Positions 48,184 through 59,332 of a stretch of 64,000 nucleotides of DNA are shown here, in pieces. This DNA is from Felis catus (lineage: Eukaryota), in NCBI RefSeq assembly GCF_018350175.1, contig NC_058369.1, positions 4,280,001-4,344,000 on the forward strand, in the 5' to 3' direction. The number at the start of each line of letters is the position of its first letter. Position 1 is the first letter of the stretch. Position numbers and translations under genes: made by a program. The notes beneath the pieces are model-generated. The model was not told where the DNA came from. It was given only the letters and a program-made list of their open reading frames with translations, and ran no database searches.

Positions 48184-49355
48184 CTGCAGGGCACACGAAA
48201 GCATACGGGTCGGGGCGCGTGTCTGGGTGCTCCTGGGGGCCAGCCGCTGTGGGTCAGGAAACCTCTCTGCCGGGATGGCGGCTCTCGGCACTTTTCCTGC
48301 CAGGCAGAGGGCTTTGCTCTGCAGACGGCTTCTCCTTCACAGTTTTGGGGATCCACCCAGACCCGGCAGATGAGACTAGACAACCCCCTCCCCAGAGGGT
48401 GGGTTCCAACCTGGGGCCCCATCTCCACACAACGATCCTTGAGCATCACTGGGTAAAACCTGGCAGAAAGTCCCCCCCGATACAGGCAGCTTGCCCTGTC
48501 CCCTTGTATGCTGTAGGCGAACCGTGCACTCTGGTCCCCAAGTGAGGCCTCCCCTGATGTGTCAGGGAGGTGTGTACCACCAGGTGACAGTCACCTTGGC
48601 TCGAGCTGCTCATCTGTGTAGGAGGCAGCTCTTGGCTTGGACTATTTCACTATAACAGAAAAAGGATAGTAGTGATGCTCGAGAAAAGCAGCAGGAGGCT
48701 CCTTAACGTAACGGGGACACAGGCAAAGGCGGAAGTGACGAGGTGGGACAAGACAGCTCCCTAAACATGCTCACGATGGATGCGGCGGGGAAGGAAAGAA
48801 AAGGGAACAAAAATCAGGAAGCAGGTAAACTATTCTGGAACCCCATCTCAAGCCGGCCAGGCTTTCTGGGACGGGGAGGCAGCCTGAAGGCACCCAAGAG
48901 CCTTGGCCCTGCTGCGTGCAGGACACACGTGGGACACCGCAGGGGCCCAAGGCCACCTCACCAGACCCCCTCCTCCATGCTGCAGCCTCGTGGTCTGGGA
49001 GGGGAGCTGAACTCCCTCGACTCCAGAGGTGGCTCCAAAAGCACGTGGCTAAGGACTCTGGTCCGATGGTGGTCACCGTAGCCGGCCTCGGCCAGGAAGA
49101 AGCATGGCCCCTGACTTGAGGGGAAGCCTGTCTTAGGACAAGGCTGAGCTGGCCGGCAAGGAGGAAAGGCAGGAAGCTCCAAGACAGGGTCCTGAGGAGC
49201 CTGGTGGCGCACCGCCCCCGCCCCCCCAAGCCTGAGCTGGGCCTTTCTCCTGCGACCGAACACATCCTCATTTCACAGGAAGACGAGGTGGCAGCCGCGC
49301 TCACACGTCCCTTGCCTGGTGCCCCAGGAGGAACGGTCCCCACAGGGCCACTCAC

Positions 49356-49434
49356 CAGCACGCGCTCGCTCATGTTCTGGCCAAACACGAATTTGTTGCT
49401 GGCGGTGTCGGCACTGTTGGTCGAGTTGTCTAAA
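49356..49434 (-). CDS. RANBP3: RANBP3 exon (FxFG motif)
   Basis: LDNSTNSADTASNKFVFGQNMSERVL. Confidence 0.95.
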
Positions 49435-50060
49435 CTGAAGAGAAGACAAGCCGTGGGTGTGGGGCAGCCAACGGAGCGGGGCAGGCAGGTGGGCACTGGC
49501 GCGGGCTGCACACGCACGGGCACGGCAGGAATGGGTGAGAAAGCCTGGTGTAGGCCCCGTTCAGCCTTCCCTGTGGGGGACGGGCCCAGCACGTAGGGCT
49601 CACAAGCTTCCAGGCTGGGCTGTACCAGATGGTAAACACACCCCCGCAGCTCCGCCCCCATTTCCAAGTATCCACTTCGTGTGGGCACCTTCGCCCCACG
49701 GCCACCTTCCCTGACCCCTGGAGGTGGGCGTCACCCTCGGGGTGCATGAGGACACCGCCTCCGAGAGGCTGACCACAGAGGTCAGACCAGGAGCCACCCA
49801 CTTCCCGGAAGGAACTCGCCCGTCCCTGGCAGCAGCCGCCCCCGTGAGTCACTGCAGCTCTGTGAGCCCCATCCCCTGGCCTGCACAAAGGAGGCGACAC
49901 CTCCCACCCTTGGGCTGCTGGCAGGTGACACGGGATGACCTCGGAGCTGCCCTCACCATCACATTTCATCCAGTTTATGATGTCCCAGTTGTAAGTGCGT
50001 CCCAATTTGGGAAATGCTGCAGTGCCCCAAAAATGGGTCTTTAAAAAGATATCTGATGCT

Positions 50061-50370
50061 GGGGTGCCTGTGTGGCTCAGTCCGTTAAGCGCCTGACTTC
50101 GGCTCAGGTCACGAACCCATGGTTCGTGAGCTTGACCCCCGCATCGAGCTCTGTGCTGACGGCTCGGAGCCTGGAGCCTGCCTCGGATTCATGTCTCCCT
50201 CCTTCTCTGTCTCTGTCCCTCCCCACCCTCCCGCGCTGTCCCTCTCTCTCGCTCTCAAAAATAAAGATTAAAAAATTTAAGAAACCATACGTGATGCACT
50301 TTGTTCCTTCCCATCTCCCACTCTGTCCCCCCTCTCTCAAAAATAAAGATTAAAAAAAAAAATTTAAAAA
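50061..50370 (+). mobile_element. CAN-SINE plus a second 3'-end copy
   Basis: ctctcaaaaataaagattaaaaaa..tttaa occurs twice; flank tgatgcactttgtt also repeated. Confidence 0.85.
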
Positions 50371-50940
50371 CAACATCTGATGCACTTTGTTAATCAGGGT
50401 CCAGGCAGCCAAGTGCGACGTCACCACCATTCATGCCAGGCCTCTACAACATCCGAGCCCATGTTCTATTTGCTCTGCTGGCCTGTCTCCCAGGCAGGGA
50501 CACGCTTTCCTTCGGAAACACCCGTGGGGCCCCCAGGCCATTAGTGAGCACTGCTACCAGCAGTGTTCACCAGCGGCGAGCTCGGATCCAGTGGAAGGGT
50601 CCCCACAGGCCGGAACCTGGTGGGTAACAGGCAAAGGAGACACTGGCCTCCTGCGTTCTGCTCTGGGCATGAGATCCGGGTGATAGAGATCCCTCTGAGG
50701 GCCGAGCAAAACTTGGATCCTGCCTTGTGTCTGTCGAAGCACAGCACCCTGGCCCCTGCAGAGCCGTGCCCAGAGTGGGAATAAAGGGAGAAGCTGGGGG
50801 GGTGTGTCTAGGATTCTGGTAAAATCCGCCCCCCCCGCTCCTTCCTGCCCCCGGTGCTGTCTCCTGTCTGGGTCCCCAGTGACGGGCGATGGAGGACCAC
50901 AGGCCCCTCTTGCAGCTGGGCACAGGCCCAAGACACACAC

Positions 50941-51044
50941 CTGGAGCTGATATACTGAAGGAAATAGTTGGTCGCAGTCGGCGTTTCTGAACTGGGATGT
51001 CCGGCATTCTCCATGTCAGCCACTTCAGTGTTCTCGTGTATTAA
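50941..51044 (-). CDS. RANBP3: RANBP3 exon
   Basis: LIHENTEVADMENAGHPSSETPTATNYFLQYISS. Confidence 0.94.
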
Positions 51045-51178
51045 CTGGGAAACAGAGAGGCACAGTTACAAGTCGGAGACCTGCCTGCTCTGGCCTCTAC
51101 AGCTCAGCCTGTCTGCACAACCCTTAGGCCACATGGTACATTTCCAGGACACAAATCCTATCGTGCACAGGTGTGAGG

Positions 51179-51180
<2 letters not shown>

Positions 51181-51222
<42 letters not shown>
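51181..51222. repeat. (GT)n microsatellite
   Basis: Directly visible. Confidence 0.95.
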
Positions 51223-51224
<2 letters not shown>

Positions 51225-51974
51225 ATATACCAGGAGTGGGGCTGTGATCAATGTCTCCATTTCTGCTTTTAACGGTGAAGATATAAAACACAGTCCATAA
51301 GACATGAGAGAGCTTTTTCTTTTTTGTTAAAAAACCAAACCCTCAAGCTGGCATCTTGTTGGCATTTTCAACAACGCTTCTGTAACGCGACCACGGTAGA
51401 CTTACAAATCTGATACCTTCAGGGGTGTATTATAAATGTAATAAAAGCATCGTTTCTTGAGGGCTCCTCTAATCTAAGTGCTGTGCCAGCTGTGTTAAAC
51501 AGCTCATTGAATGGGACCCTCCTGGGACCCCTGAGAGATGGGCATTCTCAGCCTCATTCTATGACCGGGAAAGCAGAGACTCAGGAGTGTCCAGAAGTCA
51601 CCCCCACTGAGAGGCTGGCATTTTAACTGAGACCACGGATCGCAGGAGCCCCGGGCCTCCAGAAGAGAAAGCCCCGCCCCAATTTCAAGCAGCCGTCCCC
51701 CTAAACCCTAGGAACAGACTCAACCTGACAGCCCAGGCCAGACCACTGCCCCCAGCACAGGGGATCTCCAGGCCCTTCCTTCTTCTCCTGCTTCCTTCTC
51801 CCTGGAGTGAGCAGCCTCCAGGGACTCATTATCTTGGATAAAGCCATGCAACAGCAACACTACTCTTCACCTCTGGGCATCTGGGTTTCTCCTGGGCAGT
51901 GAGCACCAAAGCAGAAAGCGGGCGGCAGAACCCAAAGTTCTCTATGCACCCGAGAGACTTGGGTTTCCTTATTT

Positions 51975-52150
51975 CAGGGCTTCTCCCTGTCACCACCCTC
52001 GACGTCGGGGCGGGACCCCTCTGTGGGGAAGCCGCCCTGGACCCTGTGGGGGGCTGGGCAGCATCCCTCGCCTCCACCCACTGGATGGCAGTAATACCTA
52101 TGCCTTAGTCGTGACAACCACAAACGTCCCCAGACATAGCCACTGATGTG
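51975..52150. mobile_element. MER20-like element; an oppositely oriented, diverged copy lies at about 52440-52620
   Basis: cagcatccctcgcctccacccactggatggcagta...gtgacaaccacaaacgtccccagacatagcca. Confidence 0.65.
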
Positions 52151-52940
52151 GTCTCTCAGGCTTCTAAAGGAGCTCCTGCCGATGAACTGCTGGAAATGGC
52201 CCAGAAGGACACTCTGTCCCTGTGGCCGGACAGGCACTGCCGCCCAGTCTGGTCTCCCAGAGCGTCAGCACACGGGGTCCAGAGCCCAGTCCCCTGCCAC
52301 TGCCAGATGCTCTCCCCCCGACTCAAAATCCCCTAGACCAACAGGCCCTGGGGCAGCCAGGAGGAGACAGATGCTGTTGCCTCCTATGGGAGAGAAAACA
52401 GTTACCTTTCCGTCTGCCCTCCTTTAAAAAAATAAGGTAATGCTTCTCAGTTAGGGGTGACTTAATCCCACAGGGAACACTCGACACTACTGGGGGACAC
52501 TTTTGGTTGCCATACTGGGGGGAGGAGTATATGCCTGGCGCCTAGAGGGCAGGGACCAGGGCTCAACGCCCCAGGACCGGCCTCCAGCAACTCAGAACGA
52601 AGCGAAGCGGTCTAAGTGCTGCTTTGTGCCCAGAGAAGCCCTCGAGGCAGGCGACAGCAGCCTCTCTGGCGATGCGGAAAGGACCGATCACGCGGCCTCC
52701 TTTGCCTCGAAAGCGTCGGTTCTCAGGGACGGGCAGGCTCGGCTGCCTCCCTGTCCGCTGCTCCCAGGAGAACAAGGGGCCCGCCGCGGAGGGTGCGGTG
52801 TGGAAGGCGTGTAAAGCAGGAAGCTGCTGGACACGCCGAGAGCCACAGGAGTATCCCGCGACGCACTGTGTGCACCTCCTCGCCCCTCTGACGGGAAAGA
52901 GGAGCCAGGCGGACCGACCCGAGCACAAGCACTCACACAC

Positions 52941-53054
52941 CTTGACTCTGTCCCTCAGGTTCTGTCCGAACACAAACGCCTGCTGTACAGCCCGCTCTGC
53001 TTTCTCACAGTCCTCCCCGGTACCGCTAGGCTCATTCTTCTGGGGGTCTTTGTC
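52941..53054 (-). CDS. RANBP3: RANBP3 exon (FxFG motif)
   Basis: DKDPQKNEPSGTGEDCEKAERAVQQAFVFGQNLRDRVK. Confidence 0.93.
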
Positions 53055-54048
53055 CTAGAGGCACAAACAAGACAACCGAGAAGAGGCGACAGACAGGTTA
53101 GCCCCGATGAGCAAAACGGGCCCTCTCACGCCTCACGTGCTTGCTGTCTTCTCTGGCGGGGTCCCTGGGCGTCCGGGCCGCCTCAGTGTCCCCCGGGCTC
53201 GCAGCAGACTTGCAGGAGACTTACTGGGCTGCTGCCCCGGCCCCCGCGTTTCCAAGTGGTGGCAGGTGGCAGCGACGGTTCCTAATGTTAACCCTGCAAA
53301 GTGCGGCTGGAAGGCGGGGGGCCGAGGGACGTTCTAACACTGAATCGCAGATGACGCTTTTCACCGCTTGGGCTCCAACATCCACCCGGACGGGGTGTGG
53401 GGGAGGCGGCGGGTGTAGAGGCCCGGGCGGCAGCTCTGCCGCGGACACGGGAGCACACGCGCGGGGCGGCTCAGCGTGTGGCGGGCGGGGCGCTGCTGCA
53501 GCCGGACCGCAAGGCCGCCCCCCGCCGGCCGCAGGTGCAAGCTCTTCGTCCGGGACCCTCATCGAGCAGCTGCTGCGTGACACTACTGGGCACAAACGCC
53601 CTCGGCCCGCCCGATCCCAGAACCCTGGGCTCCATTGCAAGAAAGAAAGAAAGGTGTCTGAGCTGCCTCCCCAGGCACATTTCTCCAGTTAGCACGGGGC
53701 CGTGTATCGAATCCCTAGGTTGCTCAGCTGTGGAAGCAGGGAGGGGAGACATCTCTTCATGTACAACGGCACGAGGCTCCATCAGTGACGGCCGTTCCTC
53801 TGGCCCCAGGGACTCCTCAGAGGCCCGCCCGCCACCCGTGGCTGGGCGGCACTCAGCCTGGGCAGGCGGGACTCTGGAACTGCGCGCGGACCATCATCGG
53901 CATTCTGGCAACTACTGGCATCGGTGGCTGCTGTGTGCACACGCTGCCAAGCTAATCCAGAAGCCTCCACGCGGGCCAGCCCTGGCTCTGCTCGGGGCAG
54001 GGAACCGCCCACACGCTCGGGGAAGCTCCCCGCCCAGCACGGACGCAC

Positions 54049-54167
54049 CTCAGGCGCTCGCGCCTCATCAGACGGACTTCTCCGCGCGGGGGTGTCGGGC
54101 GATGTGGCCGTCGTGGCCCCCGTGCAGTCTGCCGGGATGCTGAGCCCGTTGGTGCCGCTGCTGGGGA
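54049..54167 (-). CDS. RANBP3: RANBP3 exon
   Basis: VPSSGTNGLSIPADCTGATTATSPDTPARRSPSDEARAPE. Confidence 0.92.
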
Positions 54168-54505
54168 CTGTGGGAGAGAAGGACAGCGTGGGGTCACGGG
54201 AGTGCGGTAGGGCTTCTTGCGCCCCTGTCACCATCTAGACCAAGAGGGTCACTTCTCCTTTGTAAAGAACAGGATCTGGCGTCACCACTGAAAAATCACA
54301 AATGCTTACAGAAAAACAAACCCAGAACTAAAACCTCACGGGAATGAGAATATCTTACGGCTTATTCCACAAAGAACCGTACGAATTTTCAGCATACTTA
54401 GAAACAACACTGCTAATTATGGGAAAAAAAAAAACAAAAAAAAATACATGTTGAAGGAACAATTAGGAGTTTTATAAAATAAGTTTTACTTGAAACATCT
54501 TTGTT

Positions 54506-54905
54506 GGGGCGCCTGAGTGGCTCAGCTGGTTAAGCGGCCGACTTCGGCTCAGGTCATCATCTCACAGTTCGTGGGTTCGAGCCCCGCGTCGGGCTCTGTG
54601 ATGACGGCTCAGAGCCTGGAGCCTGTTTCGGATTCTGTGTCTCCCTCTCTGACCCTCCCCTGTTCACGCTCTCTCTCTGTCTCAAAAATAAATAAACGTT
54701 GGGGCGCTTGGGTGGCTCAGTCAGTTGGGCGTCCGACTTCGGCTCAGGTCGCGATCTCGCGGTCCGTGAGTTCGAGCCCCGCATCGGGCTCTGTGCTGAT
54801 GGCTCAGAGCCTGGAGCCTGTTTCAGATTCTGTGTCTCCCTCTCTCTCTGACCCTCCCCCATTCATGCTGTGTCTCTCTGTCTCAAAAATAAATAAACGT
54901 TAAAA

Positions 54906-54940
<35 letters not shown>

Positions 54941-54964
54941 ACGTGAAAAAAGAAAAATTAAAAA
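54506..54964 (+). mobile_element. Nested felid CAN-SINE pair (54506-54700, 54701-54901) with (AAAT)n tail; outer TSD gaaacatctttgtt
   Basis: Outer repeat at 54492 and 54965; the second SINE starts inside the tail of the first. Confidence 0.93.
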
Positions 54965-55632
54965 GAAACATCTTTGTTTCCTGCATCTTTGCCCTTGAAA
55001 TAGTTGAGATCATGTGACACGCACAGCTTTAAATCTGGCTGATTCTTCAGCATCATGTAAAAAAGCCTTCCCACTGAAACTCTTCAGAAATATTAACTAT
55101 TTCCCTCACAGGGGATGTTGGATTGCTTCTGATGAGGAATTTTTAAATTACAGGGAAAGACCAAGAGGAAGACAAGAAAAGCTCATTAGTATTAATAAAT
55201 TAAGGGTTAACTGCAAACCACCACCGTGTGGAGATGGTGGGAACGTGGCTGAGGAGTTAGGTCTTCCGGCTGGCACGTGACCAAAATGACACGAGTGTCT
55301 CAAACACACGGGGCTGAGTTCTGCCTGCAAACATGCTGGGCTGAATCTCAGACGCCTGGGAGCGGGCCAGCTTGTAGAAGCCAGTGCGTGCACAAAGCAC
55401 ATCTTAACCGGCTGTCACCGTGGCCCAGTGCTGCACGGAGACGGCATCTCTCTCTGTCTTCCCTGAGCTCACCGAGGATTTAAAGGATCGTTTCCCCAGC
55501 ACTCTCTCTGTTCTGGAGCGCATTCAACACATATGGCTGAAGTCCCCTCGCTGGAGACACAGCTGCCCCCGGCGCATCTCAGGAACGCTCTACACCCCAC
55601 CGTGCGAGCCCGTGTGCCAGGCCGTTTCTTAC

Positions 55633-55725
55633 CGGTCTGTGACAGTGCCTTTGGCTGCGGGGCCTGCAACACCGCCGGGCGAAGCACACTCCGCTGTTGC
55701 TCCTTGGGTTTCTGGCTCGGCAGAC
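55633..55725 (-). CDS. RANBP3: RANBP3 exon
   Basis: GLPSQKPKEQQRSVLRPAVLQAPQPKALSQT. Confidence 0.95.
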
Positions 55726-56481
55726 CTGAGAACAGAGGATGGCTTGCCCGGGGCCCTCGGTCTTCATGGGCAGAAACGCACACCCCTGCAACGGCTCTCA
55801 GGGGGCTTTACAGAAATTAATCCGGTGAGTACAGTAATGTTACGGGGGAAGCACGGGACAGCTGTCCTCAAGTGCTGGGCTAAAGGGCCAAGCAGAGATG
55901 GTGAAGTAGAGCGGAGAGCCGCAGACAGGCCCCCAGGGTTTAGGACTCTGCTCAGGCTCACATAAAAATACCCTTGCACCTGCTTTTCAAAATGCCACAC
56001 TGAGAAAACCCTTCTGCCAAACACAAATTGGGCAGGAGCCACAAGAGAATGCTTCCAATTCCGCACCACTGCCAGGCCCTGTTCCCCAGCAGCAGGCCAC
56101 TGGCTCGTGGCCACTCCGCTGATTGGGGTGACTCTGTGGCACTCTGGGGCTGGGACGCTCTGGAGACACAGCCTGAACCGACAGAGCAAACGCGGGCCGC
56201 AGAGCCTCAACGTCCCACACCGAGCCAAGTCCACTCCCTCACCACCCACCCCCCTCAGGGTGGCAGAGGGCTGCCGGGTGGGAGAATCTCTCCTGATCTG
56301 ATGGGCTCTTTAGAGTGACTTGTCAATGCTCATGCACCAGGGAACTGAGGAGACCTGGAGCGCGGGCTGAGCCTGGAGCACACCAGCCGGGCTGCCTCAG
56401 GCAGCCACGCAAACAGAGGCTGCACAGAGGTGGGAAGGGTGTGAGAAAGGCCCTCTACTGTCCTCAAAGGCGGGCACCTAC

Positions 56482-56547
56482 CTGCGCTGGGTGCCTGGCC
56501 GTGGATCAGTGTTGGTGGCTTCAACCGGAACCCACTGCTCTTTTCCT
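56482..56547 (-). CDS. RANBP3: RANBP3 exon
   Basis: EEKSSGFRLKPPTLIHGQAPSA. Confidence 0.95.
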
Positions 56548-57369
56548 CTACAAGCACAAGACAAAAGGTAAAAAGCAGGACCGCTTAGGGGTTGGGGATG
56601 GCAGCGAAGCTGAGACGGTCAAGGGCAGGGGAAGACCGTGGTCTGGGCTTCAGTGGCCATGAGCCTGGAGAACCCGGGAAATGTTTCCAAACTAAAACAG
56701 AAACGCAGAAGCCCGGTCCAACCACCAAGGTCATAAGGCAGTAGCTTGGACGAGGAGGAGGCAGGGGGTCGCAGGAGTGCTGACTCCAGGTCGCGTGCTG
56801 CCAATGAAAGACCGGGGGCTGTTGAGGGTGCGAGACAAAAGTGACAGTGCGTGCACAGCTGGTCCATGCCTGGGGCACCTCACCCGGCAGCTTGCCAGGA
56901 GCTGTGCTGGGCTCACAGGCCCTGGAGAATGTCAGGGAGTCACCCAATCAGGGTCTCTAGGACCGGTCTCCCTTTCTTAGACCTGTCTCTCTGTCTTGTC
57001 AGAGAATGCCTGTGTAATCAGGAGAAGCCTCTGCACCACCAGCAGATGTCTGGGAAATGAGACACGTTTTCTGTGGTGAAAGATCAAAGGTGGCAGACAG
57101 CAGGCTCGCTCTCTTTCCAGATGTGTCTGGAGAACTTCACCTCGTCGCTTCCTGAGAACACTGGAAGGCCCAGGAGAAGGAAGGGGAAGGAAGCAGGGCG
57201 ACGGCTCAAAGCCTGATTTCAGCTGGGCCACTGGTCCATACAAATCCCTTAATCTGTGCGTGCTGTGGACTTGGCCTGTCTCCTAAGGGGTGGGGAGGGG
57301 GGAAGGCCTGATGTGCTTGACAGGAAGGGTCAGCATGAAGGTCTGTCCCTGGGGCAGCACAGGGATGAC

Positions 57370-57860
57370 AGCATTCGGGGCTACCGGAGGCAGCCTTGCT
57401 TTTGTGCTAAGGTCCAACTCATCAGAAGAAACCCTTGTCAAGTTGCAGGGAACGAGATCAATACACAAAAATCAGTTGCGTGAATCTATGCGCTAGCAAC
57501 AAATAATCCAAAAACAAAGTTGAAGAAACAATTCCATTTACAATAGCACCAAAGAGAATAATACGTGGGAATAAATTTAACAAATGAAAACTACAAAACA
57601 TCATTGGAAGAAAGTAAAGACAAACAAATGGAAAGAGGTCTTAGAAGGTCACACAGTGTGTGATTCTATTTATATGAATCGTCCAGAACAGGCAAATCCA
57701 TGGAGACAGAAAGTGGATTCTTGGTTGCCAGGGGCTGGGGGAGGGGGTGATGAGTGACTGCTGACGGGGTCGGGGTTTCTTTTCGGGGTGATGGAATGAC
57801 CTAAAATTAATTTAATTATGGCGATGGCTGCTTAACTTTGTGAATACACTAAAAACCAAC
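57370..57860 (+). mobile_element. Old L1 fragments (degenerate ORF2 piece and 3' UTR)
   Basis: caagttgcagggaacgagatcaatacacaaaaatcagttgc...ccatttacaatagcacc...gtccagaacaggcaaatccatggagacagaaagtgga. Confidence 0.7.
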
Positions 57861-59113
57861 CAACTCTACACTAGAACACCAAAAATGCCTTACCAGAGCA
57901 AACTTTCAGGCATAAAACAAAGTCAAATCAGAATTCTGAACGGAGCAGGAAAGTCTTTCTGCTGTCTGCACGTGGGTGAGCCAAACTGCTCTCCTTGGGC
58001 AAAAACAGGATTAAAAAACTCTCGCTGCTAGCTCGTATGAAGGAGTTGAGTCCGCCAGGCTTCCAAGAGCCTGTGTTAGTGGAGCTGGGGTCGCTCCCGT
58101 AAGAGAGAGGTCATAAAAACCACCCTCCCGAGATTCAGACACCCCAGATGCGGGGGAAGACAAGCTGCCAGATGTTTCTTTTTAGAAGGGAAATACTCAA
58201 ACACATTCCCAAAGCTCAGTATCATTCATAAGACGACTGGCAATTTACAAACATTAAGGAAAAACTAAGACGAAGTTCACAATTGAGCCAATTCTTAAAA
58301 GCCTTATAGCTGGCTTTGCAATGCTTCCACTGTGGCCCCTGATCAATCTCTACCTCTCTGCTCTGTGTAGAGCAACGGTGGCAGCATGCGACCCTTGCCG
58401 CTAGCTGAGGACGACCAGCGGGGGCACAGGTGCGGACGATCGCCGTCACCTAGCATCGCGGCACCGGGCCTCGCACCCGGCCCCCCTAGCAGACTCACAA
58501 GAAATCACACTGAATGCTGCAGCGAGCGGACGACACACAGGCAAAGCAAGCCACGCCTGTAATGGCAACCAAGGACTGGGGACAGAAGGAGCCCGAGGCA
58601 GCAGGGAGGTGTGCTCACAGGGAGGGGCTCACGGGCCCCATCTCCACCAAAACAGACGTGCTCTCTGTTCGTGGCTTCAAGAAACTCCCTTTTCCTGCGA
58701 CATGGTCAGGGCACAATGAAGAGGTGTGGCCTGTCTGATGAGCCAGAGCCCTGGCACACGTGGCAGGGTCACTGGCGTCCAAGAGCGACTGCACCGGGGG
58801 CACGCTCGTGCCCCTCTGTGAGCTTACTGGGCGGATAGGTTGCTCCCTCTGAAGCAGTCTCTGCCCTCCTCCGATCACATTGAAAGCAAGCAGGCCTCTT
58901 TGCGGGTGCTTTCCGCCCTGCCTCGGGAAGACCCCAAGTGACAGGTGAGGGAAGCAACACTCACCCCTGAGGGAACTTGAACTTGGTGTGTGCCAGAGGA
59001 ACAGACAGCCTGGTGGGGGCCGGGCAGGGGCAGGTGGGAGGGTGCTTGGCACGTGTAGGGTATAAGAACGTGCACTGCAGGTGAAGGCAGCAGGTCTCTT
59101 ACTGTCAGAAAGA

Positions 59114-59332
59114 GGGAGGCGCATCTGGCTGGCTCAGTCAGGCTGAGCGTCTGATGTTGGTTTCGGCTCAGGTGATGACGATCTCACGGTTCGTGGATTT
59201 GAACCCCACATCGGGCTCCACATTGTCAGTGCGGAGCCTGCTTGGGATTCTCTCTCTCCCTCTGTCTCTGACCCTCCCCAGCTCACGCTTCTCTCTCAAA
59301 ATAAATACATAAACTTAGAGGAAAAAAAAGAA
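59114..59332 (+). mobile_element. CAN-SINE with TSD agaaagaggga
   Basis: SINE head, CT stretch, A tail, direct repeat. Confidence 0.85.

Noticed and set aside
58205..58350. Possible box C/D snoRNA (minus-strand ATGAATGATACTGAG)
   Set aside because: No properly spaced RUGAUGA box C or terminal stem
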